From an uncultured Solirubrobacterales bacterium (GTDB taxonomy: Bacteria > Actinomycetota > Thermoleophilia > Solirubrobacterales > Solirubrobacteraceae): a DNA stretch of 64,000 nucleotides. Location: NCBI GenBank assembly GCA_963763525.1, contig CAVXPA010000007.1, forward strand, positions 22,676-86,675. The letters are read 5' to 3'. The notes beneath the pieces were generated by a model that did no database searches, was not told the DNA's origin, and saw only the letters and a program-made list of their open reading frames with translations. Both the position numbers and the translations under genes were made by a program. Below are positions 1 to 12,438 of the stretch, one piece after another. Every line of letters starts with the position of its first letter. Position 1 is the first letter of the stretch.

Positions 1-496
1 GATCCCAGCCGGTGCTCGTCGGCTTGCCGGAGAACCCGTGGCCGGGCAACGAGGGAATCACCAGATGAAACGCATCTGATGCACTCGCGCCGTGGGCCGT
101 GGGATCCGTCAGCGGCTGGATGATCTTGAGCTGCTCGATGATCGAGCCGGGCCACCCGTGTGTGACGATCAGTGGCAACGCGTCCGCGTGCGAGGAGCGT
201 GCGTGAATGAAATGAATATCAAGCCCGTCGACTTCGGTCATGAAGTTGGGTAGGGCGTTCAGCTTCGCCTCACACTTGCCCCAGTCGTAGTCGGTCCCCC
301 AATAGCGCGCGAGCTCCTGCATCATCGCGAGCCGGACGCCCTGCGAGTCGTCGCTGACCGTCTCGCGCTCCGGCCACCTGGTCGCGGTGATCCGCCTGCG
401 CAGCTCGGTGAGCTCCTCCTCCGGAAAGCTCACCTGAAACGGGCGAACAGGGGTCTGATCGCCGGCCGCTTGTCCCACCGAAGCCATCTCGGACAT
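1..496 (-). CDS. Epoxide hydrolase (EHN domain + alpha/beta hydrolase), 5' part; runs off the window edge
   Basis: Manual translation MSEMASVGQAAGDQTPVRPFQVSFPEEELTELRRRITATRWPERETV...DIHFIH...PLIVTHGWPGS...FHLVIPSLPGHGFS. AGGAGG RBS at 503-508. Confidence 0.9.
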   Translation of the reverse strand, partial: MSEMASVGQAAGDQTPVRPFQVSFPEEELTELRRRITATRWPERETVSDDSQGVRLAMMQELARYWGTDYDWGKCEAKLNALPNFMTEVDGLDIHFIHARSSHADALPLIVTHGWPGSIIEQLKIIQPLTDPTAHGASASDAFHLVIPSLPGHGFSGKPTSTGWD

Positions 497-550
497 CCGC
501 TACCTCCTGAGGTTGCACTTGCGTGATTGTGGCACGCATGGCCGTGAGAG

Positions 551-2135
551 CTATGTCACACGAGACTGATCGATCGTCAGCATCGCCGCGCTGCCCGCGC
601 CGAGGCTGATCCGGTATGAGCCGGCAGCGGGAGTCACGGCCGAGATGGTTTGGCCTGCCGACGAGCCGTCCCGTGCCGGTTTGCGATCCGAATGACTGGC
701 CGCCAAGCGTTACTCCCCTCTGGGCGTCGATGCCCGGTGCCTGGAGCCGCTCGACCATTGCCGGCGCGCTCGCCGTCCGGGCTCGGAGCGAAACGAGTTG
801 CTCGCGGTCGCCGTCGTTGATCAGCACGACTCGGATCACACCGTTCGGGGCCTCGGTCGCCCACGCCCTGATCGCCGCGTCTCCGTTTGAGGTCAGCCCG
901 AGCAACCGCGAACCGGCAGGGCTCGCCTGCGCGAACAACAGCAGCCCGTAGTACTCGGGTTCGACCGACGCCCGCCAGGTTCCCTTCATCTGGGTGAAAG
1001 TGAACAGGTCATATGCGGCGCCCGGGTAGCTGTGGATATTCACGCCGTCGACCCCCACGGCGGCCATCTCGAACAGGACGTCGAGCGCCCACAGCGCCGA
1101 CGCGAACGAGTGCCCCACCGACGCGGGAACGCTGGGGCACGGCGTCGTGTTCATCTCGTCGACCCGCAACGGGATGTGGTCCGCGTGCGCGATCTGCACA
1201 TATGGCACGGCGCTCGTCGCGGGAAGCACGGAGGCCGTGTCCGACAGTAGGTTTGCGGTCGTCGGGTATCCAGGCGACGTCGGGTAGCCACAAGTGGGCA
1301 GGGCATAGCGGTGGAGCGTCGCGACTCGCACGCGAGGCTCGGCGGCGAAGAACGCGCGCCAGTCGCTGAGCCAGCGCGGCCCGCCGGTAGCGGGTCCAGC
1401 GAGAGCTCCCGGCAGCACCCGCGCGACGCTCGAGAACTCCTGATCGAAGACCGCGAAGTCGTATCCCGCCGGGCGTCCGGGAACGGCGAGTCCGTCTGAG
1501 GCCCGGTACCAGGCATAGCTGTGGTACAGCTCGGGTTCGTTGCCAAGCTCGAGCGCCTCAATCGATTGCGCTCCGACCCCCCTCACCAGTGCATGCGCCT
1601 CGGCCGCCGCAAGGCTCACGTTGTCAGCTTCGAGGTTGATGCCAAGGATCAGATGCGCGTGAAGTGCTTTCGACAGCGCGCGGGTGACCTGAACCCATCG
1701 CGGCGTGATCGTGTATCTGACACCGGCCGGACGCCGCATGTGCGGGACCGGCCACCAGCTCCAGTCCGTACTGTCACCTCCGATCCTCAGAACCGGATCC
1801 TGCCCAGGGCTGATGTTTTCGATCAGCTGCTCGAACACAGGATCGATCGCGCTCGGGTCCCGCCCCGCGTACGGCTCAATCGCCGAGTACTCGAAGGACA
1901 ACCCGAGGAACCCGTGCGGGATCACGCGCGCGTGAGCAAACGACAAACCGGTGGGCGCAGTGAGCACGACCGTGGGCGGATGCGGCGCGACCCCTGATCC
2001 GGCGGTGCTCGCGTCAGTCGCCAAGTGCGCGCCGGTCCACGGCGTGCAACACACGACCGTCGCCAAACCCGCGACGCCGGACCGCTTGAGCCGGCGAATC
2101 GACTCGAGCGCACCATTCGCACGCGGGGCGACCAT
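551..2135 (-). CDS. Secreted glycoside hydrolase family 79 (beta-glucuronidase/heparanase-like); frameshift near 650
   Basis: Motifs LRIGGDS, ELGNEPE, RVDEMN, SALWALD, GVNIH, PEYYGLL. The natural C-terminus (...ISLGAGSAAMLTIDQSRVT*) is in another frame, ending at TAG 551-553. Confidence 0.8.
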
Positions 2136-2198
2136 CTCCGATCCCGCCCAGACTGTACGGATCGCTCAGAATCAAGTCAACGGCGAGCGCGCCGCAGG

Positions 2199-3832
2199 TC
2201 AGGCTGGCTGGGAGGCGTGCAGTCCTGCCGCGTCGAGCGGTGCGCCGGCGAGCTGCCCGCCCGCGCACTGGCTTGCGCGGACCACCCGCCGGGGGTTGCG
2301 GATGCCCGCAGCCCCGATCAAGCCGCCGATCACGACGAGCGCCGCTGGCGACCCCGATGCCGACGCGGAAGGCTTCGAGCGAGGACTGGCCGGATGCGAC
2401 CGTGATCGCGACTGCCTCGTCGCGGTGGGAGGCCGGCGACCGAAGGGCGTCCGAGTGTGAGCTGCTTGGCTTCCGCGACGGCCGCGCGACCGCGCAGGAG
2501 TGAGCGGCTGGCCGGCGAGCTGGTGATCGAGCGAGGAGCTGAACTGCGCCGCCACGAGCGCGCCGATCGCGACCGTCGCGATCAGGCCCGCTACGCGAGC
2601 CACCGCGTTGTTGATGGCGGAGCCGATTCCCGCCTCGTCCTGGTCGACGCCGGCGAGGATCGCGGCGGTCAGCGGCGCGACGGTGATCGATAGGCCGAGC
2701 GAGAAGACGCAGGATGCCCGGGAGTACCTCGGTCAGGTAGTCGACGTGGACCCCGAAGGTGAGCAGCATGAGCATGCCGGCGCCGGCGACCAGCGGGCCG
2801 CCGCCCATGAACAAGCGTGGACCGAAGCGATCGGCGAGCGCGCCGAATCTCGAGGACAGCGCGAACATGACGAGGCTCTCGGGCAGCAGCGCCAGCCCGG
2901 ACTTCAGCGGCGAGTAGCCCGCCACCTGCTGCAGGTACAGGACGAGGAAGAAGAACAAGCGCCGACAGGCCGCCGTAGAGCGCGAGCGTCTCGACGTTCC
3001 CGACCGCGAAGTTCCGGCTCTTGAACAGGTCGAGCCGCAGCATCGGGTCGCTGGCCCGCGACTCGTAGACCAGGAAGGCACAGAACGCGAGCACGCCGGC
3101 GATCAGCGAGCACGCTCACCGCGGGGCTCGACCAGCCCAGGCGCGGCTGCTCGATCAGCGCGAACACGGCACCGCCGAGCCCCAGCACGCACAGCAGCCG
3201 CACCAACGAAGTCGACCCTCCGCCCGCGTCTTGGTCGGACCCTGGCTGGGGACGGCTCTGAGGATCAGCCACAGGCACGCGACGACCAGCGGCAGGTTGA
3301 TCACGAAGATCCAGCGCCATGAGGCGACGTTCAGGATCACGCCGGCGACGAGCGGGCCGAGCGCGCCGGCGATCGTTCCCCACGCCGTCCAGGTGCCGAT
3401 CGCTGGGCCGCGCTCGCGCGCGGGGAACGTCGCGACGATCACCGCCAGCGAGCTCGGGGTGAGCAACGCGCCGGCGACTCCCTGGAGCGCGCGAAACGCG
3501 ATCAGCAGCCCGATCGACGGCGCGAGCGCGCACAGCAGAGAGGACACGCCGAAGCCACCCACTCCGAGCGCGAACACCCGACGCTCTCCGAAGATGTCGC
3601 CCAGCGACCCGCCGAGCAGGATCAACGAACCGAGCGTCAAGCAGGTACGCATTGGTGACCCATTGCTGGCCCGCCAGCCCGCCGCCGAGATCGCGCTGAA
3701 TCGACGGCAGCGCAACGCTCACAACGCTGCTGTCGAGGATCGCGATGCTGGACCCCAGAATCGTCGCCACGAGCGTCAAGCGCTTCGTCGACGCTGACAG
3801 GCTCTGGGTCGCCGAAGGCGATGGGACGGCAC
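2199..3832 (-). CDS. DHA2/EmrB-QacA-type MFS transporter, split by several frameshifts
   Basis: Consecutive fragments: ILDSSVVSVALPSIQ (motif D1), GGSLGDIFGERR, SWRWIFVINLP, GALADRFGPR, C-terminal TMs in ORF 2199..2603. Confidence 0.85.
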
Positions 3833-3999
3833 CGGCCAACTGACGATCGACCTGCAGGCTAGCGAACAAATGTCGCGACCTTCCAACGATCGGTGATCCA
3901 AAGCGCCTGTCGTCATCGCACCTCTTTCTTGACGGGGCAGCCGAGGGTGCCATCATCGTGTGCCTTGCGAGCCGTGAGGGCTTGTGAACGGAGGCACAT

Positions 4000-6900
4000 G
4001 TGAGGGCAAGATCGCAGGCGCTCGGGGCCAGAGCGCACGGTTTGATCGGTGCAATTGCCAGTGGGCTCGGGCGCGCCGCCGGTCGCGTCAGTGTGGGCGT
4101 GCTCGCGCTGCTGCTCGCGGCCGCCGTGGGTGTTCCGTCGGCCGCCGCGGCGGCGACGGCGTATGACGCGCTCGTCCCCTCGGACAGCGGCATCACCACG
4201 ATCGATACCGGGACCAACGCGGCCAGCACTTTCACCTCGCTCGGTGCGGTCGGGGCGCTGACGATCGCGCCGGATGCGAGCACGGGGTATGCGGTGCACG
4301 GGTCGGACGTCGTCCAGCTGCTGCTGAGCGCGTCGGGCCCGACGGTGGAGAACACCATCCCCGGTGCCGGCCGCCGACTTCCCGCCCCAGTCGAGCCCCT
4401 ACTTGGACTTCGTCGCGATCACGCCGAACGGCGACACCGCGTACTTCGCTGACCCGATCCACAACCTCGTCCTGCCGCTCGACCTGACGCAGAACCCGCC
4501 GACGTTCGAGAAGCCAATCACGATCGCGGGCGCGTCTGCGATCGCGATCAGCCCGGACGGCTCGACCGCGTGGGTCGTTGGCAGCGGCGGCATCACGCCG
4601 ATCGACACGGCGACGAACACAGCTGGAACGGCGATTTCGGTGGGCGACATCAATGCCGAGGGGATCGCGCTCGCTCCGGACGGCTCGACGGCGTATGTGA
4701 CGGTGGCGGGCGGCTCCGTGATCCCTGTGCCGCTGCCGTCGGGCCCCGCCGGCCAGCCGATCGACCTGAACGGCTACTCGTTCGCCGGCGGCGACGGAGT
4801 CCAGGAAATCGCAGTTGCGCCAGACGGCGCGACCGCATACGCGTTGACCGAGCTCGGCTCCGGCGGCGGCGCCAGTGGCACGTATGTGATTCCGATCGAC
4901 CTCGCCGACGACACTGCCGCTCGCCGATCACCGTCAGCACGACCGCGACCAGCGGGGCGATCGCGCTGACCCCCGACGGTGCCACCGCATACGTCACAGC
5001 TGAGACGGGCACCGGGAGCGGAGGCGAAGTGGTCCCGATCCCGACGGCCACCGGCACGCCGGGCGCACCGATCCCGGGGCCAGGCGAGTTTGACTTCTGG
5101 ATCGCGATGACGCCGGATCAGGCCCCGATCCCATCGTTCCTCGTCACGAGCGCGCCGCCAGGGTCGGCGACCACCTTCGATGCCTCGACCTCGACCGTCC
5201 AGTTCGGCTCGATCACCAGCTATCAATGGAATTTCGGCGACGGCAGCCCCGGCGTGACCACATCGGAACCGACGACGACACACGTTTTTGACGCTCCTGG
5301 AACGTATACCGTCACGTTGACCGTGACCGACAGCGCCGGCAAGAGCGCCACTGCGAGCAAAAGCGTTGTGATCAGCACCGGTCCGGCAGCCGCCGTAACC
5401 CTCAGCGCGAGCGCGCTCAGCTTCGGCCAGGTACCACTCGGCTCTTCCAGCGCGCCGAGCACGATCACCGTGACGAACACCGGCGGAGCGCCGCTGGCGC
5501 TCGGCGCCGTCACGCTCGCGGGTCTGGACGGGGGCGACTTCAGGTTGGCGAGCGACGGGTGCTCGGGACAGACGATTCCGGCGGGCGGGTCCTGCACGTT
5601 CACCGCCGCGTTCGTGCCCACGCTCTTGGGATCTCGGTCCGCGCTGGTGTCGATCCCCGACAACGCCTCTGGCAGCCCGCAGACCGTCACCCTCAGTGGC
5701 ACTGGCATCGGCGCGGGTTTCAGTCCGAGCGCCGGGACGATCGCCTTCGGTCCGGTCATCGTCGGCCGCCCGAGCCAGCCGCAGTCACTGATCGTCACAA
5801 ACTCTGGCAACGTACCGCTCACGATCTCGTCGGTAGCGCTCGCAGGCGCAAATTCCGCGGACTTTGCGATCGCCGGCGACACGTGCCGCGGCCAGACTGT
5901 TCAGCCGGGCGGCACATGCGCGACCGACGTCACGCTGACGCCGACCGCGGCTGGTCCGAGAACCGCTGAGCTCGTCTACAGCGACGATGCGAGCGGCAGC
6001 CCGCAAACGGTCTCGCTGACGGGCACCGGCTCCTTGACGGGGATCACGGGCCGCGTGGTCGACGGGACCAACCCGCAGCAGCGCGGCGTCGGCGCGATCG
6101 TCTATGCGTGGCCGCAGGTCGGAGGCACGATCGACGTCTCCCGCTACCTGGATACGTACACGGACTCGTCGGGCGACTACAGCTTCGCGGGCCTGTCCCC
6201 GGGCAAGTGGGCGATCGAGGTCGACCCGACCAACTCGCTGTCGCTGATCGGCGCCAGCGCCGTCGTCCAGGTCCAAGGATCCGTCGTAACCGAAAACTTC
6301 GCGCTGCAGGCGCCGCGAGCGCTCGCCGGCGGGCTCACGGTCGACACGCCGTCAGGCCCGGCGCGATCGGGCGTGCCAACGGTCAACTGGGACGAGCCGT
6401 TCACGATTCAGGTGCCGCTGAACGTCGCGCTGCGCGGCAAGCCGAACGACACCGTCATGACCGCCGTCGAGGATCAGTTCGGGACCACCGACGGCGGCTT
6501 CCAGGTCGGCGCGTTCGCGATGTTGTTCGTGCACTACGACGCGACGGGCACGCCGGACTACATCCAGGGCTACCAGGGCCAGCAGGTGCCGGCGAGCGAC
6601 CCGCTCGCGACCGCCGCCGAGGCTGACACCGCGCGGGCGACGCCGGTCGCGAGCGCGGCTCAGGGGTCCGGATCCGGGTCTGGCTCCGGGTTCTTCACCG
6701 GCCCCACGAACGGGTTCGAGGCGGGTGACATCGTCACGGTCCCTGGCAGCGGGGGCTACCAGGTGGGACCCTCGGGGCCGATCACGCCCGGCTTTACCTC
6801 CTACTACAACAAGGACACCCACGCGGCTGCGATCAAGCTCTGCGGCATCGGCATCCGCTTTGCGCCCGTCAAGCCAAAGCAGTACCAGCCGCCACTGAAC

Positions 6901-7818
6901 GGCGACCCGTACGGGACCCTGTCGACCGGCGTCAACAACGCGTTCAACAACGCTGTCAGCGGCGCGTTCAACGGGCCGGGCCAAAGCTTCGGGAACGTGG
7001 TCGGCACCGCACACGGCGACCTGTCCTCGCTGGCGAACCTGTCCGTCGATCTGGCATTCCCGGGGCTCAACAAGGCAGTGCACGGCGATACGGAGAACCT
7101 GGAGAAGTTCGTCGAGGTGGGATTCGAGCAGGCCAAGAACGTCACCGGATTCGAGCCGGGGAAGCTGATCGAGGACCTCACTCAGCCCAAGAAATGCGAG
7201 GACGACGATTCGAACGTGTACGTCGACCCGAGCGGAACCGTTCACACCCGTGCCGGGCGTCCGATTTTCGACGCGCAGGTGACGCTGCTGCGAGCCCCCC
7301 AGCAGGGAGCGACCTTCACGACCGTGCCGAACGGCAGCGCAATCATGTCGCTCGCCAACCGTCGCAACCCGGATTTCACCGATGCGTTCGGGGATTTCGG
7401 CTGGGACGTCCTGCCGGGTCTCTACCAGGTGACGGCCTCACACGCGGGGTGCCTGACCGGCGGAACCTCCGTCGTGACCGTGCCGCCCGCCGCGCTTGGA
7501 CTGTCGATCTCGCTCGTGTGCGCGCATCTCCATTACGCCGCCAGCTCGGTCTCGCTGCGAATCGCGCACATCTCCTCGCGTGGCAGAACGAACTTCATCT
7601 TGCTGAGCGCTCATGTCAGCGGCCGGGGACGCGCGACGCGGCTGGGAACCGTCACATTCCGGGCCGGCCGGCGCCAGCTCATGCAGGCCGTCATCGACCC
7701 CGAGACGGACACCGCCACCGCGATCGCGACGGTCCGCGGGCACCAGCGATTGACCGCGCAGTACTCGGGCGACGGGACGTACGCTCCGAGCCGCTCCCGC
7801 GCGGTTGCGACGCCCTGA
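4000..7818 (+). CDS. Large secreted multidomain protein: beta-propeller repeats, PKD, two ASH/choice-of-anchor-D Ig domains, carboxypeptidase-regulatory-like domains, C-terminal Ig-like domain; frameshifts near 4365 and 4915
   Basis: Signal peptide, then repeated IA(I/L)xPDGxTAY(V), PKD motif YQWNFGDG...TYTVTLTVTD, ITVTNTGGAPL...DFxxxxDxC...SGSPQTVxLxGTG twice, TDSSGDYSFAGL, C-terminal LTAQYSGDGTYAPS. Confidence 0.75.
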
Positions 7819-7838
7819 TCCGCCGCCCGCGCGCCGAC

Positions 7839-9357
7839 CTAATCTGCCGCGATCCCGTCGGCGACAAATTCGGCGATCGCAGCGGCGAACTCGCGCCGGC
7901 TTTCTTCCCACGCGTAGAACATGTGGCCGCCGTCGAAATGACGGACGGTGAGCCGGCCTGGCCATCTCCGGGTCCAGCCGCATGAGGTTCCGCAGCCGGT
8001 CGCTCGAGTAGAACGGCGTCACGAGGTCGTAGCGACCGTGCGTGATGAACGCCTTCATGTGCGGGTTGAGCGACATGCCGTAGCGGAAGTCGTCAGTCGC
8101 GCCGACGGGCGGCGTGAAGAAATGCTGCGGCGCGTCGTTCCGCCACGCCTCGTTCACCTCATAGCTCAGCAGCGTGTACTCGCGATCTGTCTCGACACCG
8201 ATCTCGGACCGCAGTTGCTGGTTGATGGCCGCGGTGTACGCGGGGCTGATGCCGGACAGCGTTGGGTCGGGACCGGCGAACGACTCCCGATCCGGGAACG
8301 GATCCGTCGCTGTGATCGTCGCGTCGTATAGCCCGACCACCTTCCGCTCGTCGCGGAGGAGCTCGCGCGAGAACACCTGGATCGTGATCCGACCCTCGGC
8401 GCGCGCCACCATCTCGGCGGGCAGGCCGACGAGGTCGGCGAGACGTCCAAGGATCCGGCTGCGCTCGCCCGGCGACATCGCCGCGCCGCGCGTCAGAACG
8501 GTGGCGTAGTCGCCGGTCGCGAACGCCTCGGCCTCCCGGAGAACGTCCTCGAGCGGTGTGCCGGGCGCGAAAGCACGCGAGCGCCCGTGGAATACGGCGG
8601 CGAGTGTCATCGTCGGCACGAGGTCGACCCACCCGACCACGTCATAGTCGGTCGGAGACAGCGATGCGAACTCGAGCGCGGGCGAGATCAGTACGGCGCC
8701 GTTGAGCCCGATGCCCCCCGTTTCCTGCAGCATCCGCACAAGCCGCCCGACGCGGTAGCCGCCATAGCTCTCGCCGGCAATGAACACCGGCGAGCCCCAC
8801 CGGCGCCGAAGGGAGAGCCAGCGGCTCATGAACTCGCATAGCGACTCGAGATCGCGCCGGTAGCCGTAGTACTCCCTCGGGTCGCCGTCTTCGCCGCTCT
8901 GCCCTTTCTTCTTGTCCTCGCCGTCCTTGCCGTCGTCCTCGACGACGCGGCTGAAGCCCGTGCCGACCGGGTCGACGAACACCAGATCCGTGAAGGCGAG
9001 CCACGACTGCTCGTTTGCGACGAGCCGGGGCGGCATCCGCGGCAGCGTCCCGTCCGCCGGAAACGCGACCCGCATCGGCCCGACGGCGCCCATGTGCAAA
9101 TACGCCGACGAGGCGCCCGGGCCGCCGTTGAAGACGAATGTGATCGGGCGCTCGCGATCCTGCTGCGCGACGTAGGAGACCGAGAAGATCTCCGCCGCAG
9201 GCTTCTCCTTCTTGCGCAGGAGGATCCACTGCGCGCTGGCGGTGTAGTCGATCGAGACGCCCCCTGCCGTCCACGTGGCAGTCGTCTCGGCGCCGCTCGG
9301 CGGCTCATACCCCCCCTTCGCCGCGGGTTTCTGGTCGTTCGCGCTCTCATCGGACAT
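7839..9357 (-). CDS. Peptidase S10 family serine carboxypeptidase; frameshift near 7955
   Basis: FNGGPGASS, DPVGTGFS, catalytic GESYGG, GRYDLVTP. C-terminal FDGGHMFY lies in a shifted frame ending at 7839. Confidence 0.9.
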
Positions 9358-9493
9358 GGCCGGACACGCTATCGCGCAACACATCGCACCGCGCTGACGC
9401 GCTTGCGCTCCTCGCTCGGAGCGAAGCAAGAGCGGGGATCTCCAACACGCATATGGCGACGATTGGGGTGCCGATCTGAGACACTGGGCGCGA

Positions 9494-11857
9494 GTGGGTC
9501 CGCGAGAATTCACGGCAGCTCAGCGGTTGTTGCGTCTGTTAGGAGTGCTGGGGGCGGTGTTGCTAATCGCCGCTCCGGTCGCGGCCGCGCGGGTGGTCGA
9601 GAAGGCCCGGCGCGGAGCGCCGCTCCTGACGGCCGCCGAGCGCCGCGCTTTGACACCGACCTCGTTGACGGCGGTCGCAGACGCGGCGCTCGGCCTGGTT
9701 GTCACTGCCACGTTCAACGGCGACGTCGCGCGTTACCTGGGTCAGAACGACCTCAAGAACGGACTCCTGACGCTGGTGATCGAACCGTCGTCGGGCACAC
9801 AGACGGCAAGCGTGCTGGTCGCCGGCGGGGGCGGTTTCTCGCCCGTGCTGGCGCCGGAGCTCTTCCGCCGGGGTCGCCAGGTGAGTGTGAAGCGCACGAC
9901 GCTCGACGTGTTCAGCCCGGAGCGGCTGGTGCAGACGATCCCGGGCGCGCAGGTTCGCGTCGTCAGAGACGGCAATCGGGTCCTGTTCTTCATCGGCCAA
10001 CTCGGGCTCGCGCAACCCGCCACGATCGAACTGGAGGTCTTCGCATCCAGCCCACTCGGATCGGGCGGCGGCGCGGGGGGCGTGCCCGCGAGCCTGACTC
10101 CGTCTGCGTTCAATACCCTGGTCGCCAGCAGACCGACGGCCGCGACCAGCGCGGCGGTGACGCCGACCCAGCTGACGGTCACGCAGCTTCAGGGACTGCG
10201 CGCACAGCTCTCGGACGTGGCGGCCGGCGACCTCGCGCCGCAGCTGCGCCGCGCGCAACAGGCGCACGCGCGCCTCCAGGCGGCGCTGGCGCAGTACCAG
10301 CTCGTCCGCAAGTCGGTTCGCGTCGGCCGCGGCACTCTGATCAGCGACATCGGTGGCAACGCGGTCGCGATCGACCACCTGAAGGCGAAGATCGCCGCCG
10401 TGAGCGCGCTGACCACGCAGGTCGGCCAGCTGATCGCGCAGACCAACGATCCGCCCGTCGCGGTCGTGCAGACGGACCCTGGCCTGTCGCAGGAGCTGAC
10501 GCCACAGCCGGGGCTCGTGACCTCGCTCGTAGCTCCGCAGGGAGTCCCGATGATCGACGTGGACGAGTACGTGCGCTATCAGCAGTTCGAAGGGTTGGGA
10601 GCAGCGTTGACCGACAGCGCCGCATGGTTGATCTACGAACAGCTCCCCGCCGCCGAGCAGCAGACGTTGCTGCAGGCGCTGTTCGGCCCTTCCGGCAGCA
10701 CCAACGCGTTCGGGATTCCCTCGATTCACCTCAATTTCCTGCGGATCGGCATCGGCGCGTCGGGGGCGATGACGACCGGGGCGCCGTATAGCTATGACGA
10801 TGTCCTCCCTGGTGAATCGGACCCGTCGCTGACGGACTTCTCGATCGCCCACGACCTGCAGTACACGATCCCGACGCTGCGAGCGGCGTTGGCGATCAAC
10901 CCAGCGCTCGAGATCCTCGCCACCCCGTGGAGCCCGCCCGCCTGGATGAAGAGCAACGCCTCACTTGACAACGTCGGCGCGAGCGGAACATTGCTGCCGT
11001 CGGACTACAGCGTGTACGCCAGCTATCTCGTCAAGGCGATCCAGGCCTACGCGCAGGAAGGGGTGCCGATCGATGCCCTCACACCGCAGAATGAGCCGTC
11101 CTCGGGCCAGACGGCCACCGCTTATCCCGGGCTGACGCTCCCAGAGACCCAGGAGGCGCAGTTCATCGCCGCGGATCTCGCGCCGGCGTTGCAAGCGGCC
11201 GGGCTGAGCACGAAGATCTACGGCAACGACCTCAGCTGGGATTCGCTTGCGTATGCGGACGGCCTCATGTCCGGGCCGGCGTCCGGAGATTTCGCGGGAA
11301 TCGCCTGGCACTGCTACTTCGGCTCGCCGCAGACGATGAGCGCGCTCGCGCAAACGGCGCCGGGGCTCGATCAGATTGTCGACGAGTGCTCGCCGGAGAT
11401 CCGGCCGGTGGGTACGCCCGAGTTCCTGATCTCGTCGCTGCGCAACGACGCCAGCGTGGCGTCGGTGTGGTCGCTCGCGCTGGACCCCAACGGAGGCCCG
11501 ATCCAGCCGGGCAACGACTGTACGGGGTGCACTGGTCCGGTCACGATCAACGAGCAGACCCAGACCGTAACCTTCCGGCCCGAGTACTACCAGCTGGGCC
11601 AGGTGAGCGCGTTCGTGATGCCCGGTGCGTGGCGGATCGACTCGCCGAGCTTCGTCACCTATGGCGCCAACAGCTCCAACTTCGAGACCGCCACACCCGG
11701 GCTCGACGATGTCGCCTTCCTGAATCCGAACGGATCGAAGGTGCTCGTCGCGTACAACAACTCCGGCGCGCCGATCACGTTCGGGGTGCAGGAGGACGGG
11801 AATTACTTCACCTACACCATTCCCGCGCGCGCGATGACGACGTTCGAGTGGCAGTAG
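9494..11857 (+). CDS. Secreted glycoside hydrolase family 30 with a long N-terminal extension
   Basis: FEGLGAALTDS, LRIGIGAS, ATPWSPPAWMKSN, TPQNEP, WHCY, EYYQLGQVS, VAFLNPNGS; N-terminal signal peptide. Confidence 0.9.
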   Translation: MGPREFTAAQRLLRLLGVLGAVLLIAAPVAAARVVEKARRGAPLLTAAERRALTPTSLTAVADAALGLVVTATFNGDVARYLGQNDLKNGLLTLVIEPSSGTQTASVLVAGGGGFSPVLAPELFRRGRQVSVKRTTLDVFSPERLVQTIPGAQVRVVRDGNRVLFFIGQLGLAQPATIELEVFASSPLGSGGGAGGVPASLTPSAFNTLVASRPTAATSAAVTPTQLTVTQLQGLRAQLSDVAAGDLAPQLRRAQQAHARLQAALAQYQLVRKSVRVGRGTLISDIGGNAVAIDHLKAKIAAVSALTTQVGQLIAQTNDPPVAVVQTDPGLSQELTPQPGLVTSLVAPQGVPMIDVDEYVRYQQFEGLGAALTDSAAWLIYEQLPAAEQQTLLQALFGPSGSTNAFGIPSIHLNFLRIGIGASGAMTTGAPYSYDDVLPGESDPSLTDFSIAHDLQYTIPTLRAALAINPALEILATPWSPPAWMKSNASLDNVGASGTLLPSDYSVYASYLVKAIQAYAQEGVPIDALTPQNEPSSGQTATAYPGLTLPETQEAQFIAADLAPALQAAGLSTKIYGNDLSWDSLAYADGLMSGPASGDFAGIAWHCYFGSPQTMSALAQTAPGLDQIVDECSPEIRPVGTPEFLISSLRNDASVASVWSLALDPNGGPIQPGNDCTGCTGPVTINEQTQTVTFRPEYYQLGQVSAFVMPGAWRIDSPSFVTYGANSSNFETATPGLDDVAFLNPNGSKVLVAYNNSGAPITFGVQEDGNYFTYTIPARAMTTFEWQ

Positions 11858-11925
11858 AGCTGCCGGGGACGGGCGCTCGACCGGCTGAGCGGCCCCTGGC
11901 GCCTGCGGTAGGGTTGCAATTCCGC

Positions 11926-12430
11926 GTGCCCCGACGAGCCGTTTCCAACTGTCAGCTACCGCGCGGTGGGCGTCGTGCGCTCGCCGTTCACGCGGCTCGA
12001 GGGTATGCCGCTTCAGTCGGTCGCCGCCGGCGGGGTGCCGGCGCGTGTTGAGGTCCGCGAGGACCTGGCGCCCGGGCTGCGCGATCTCGAAGGGTTCTCG
12101 CACGTGCACCTGATCACGCACCTGCATCGCGGCGAGCCGGGGGGTCTCGAGGTGGTCCCGTTCCTCGACGAGACCGTGCGCGGGATCTTCGCGACGCGCT
12201 CGCCGAGGCACCCCAACCCGATCGGGATCTCGGTCGTGCGCCTCGACGTGATTGCGGGCGCGGTACTGGAGATCACGGGCGTCGACCTGCTCGACGGCAC
12301 GCCGGTGCTCGACATCAAGCCCTACGTGCCGGCGTTCGATTCGTTCGCGGCCGAGCGGACCGGGTGGCTGGAGCAGGCCGCCGCGCGCGTGCACGAGACG
12401 CGCGCCGACGGCCGGTTCGACGAGCGCTGA
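11926..12430 (+). CDS. tsaA: tRNA t6A37 N6-methyltransferase TrmO/TsaA family
   Basis: GVVRSPF, GLRDLEGFSH, GIFATRSPRHPNPIG, DLLDGTPVLDIKPY. The probable GTG start at 11926 is offset by one extra C in a homopolymer. Confidence 0.88.
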
Positions 12431-12438
12431 GACCGCCG

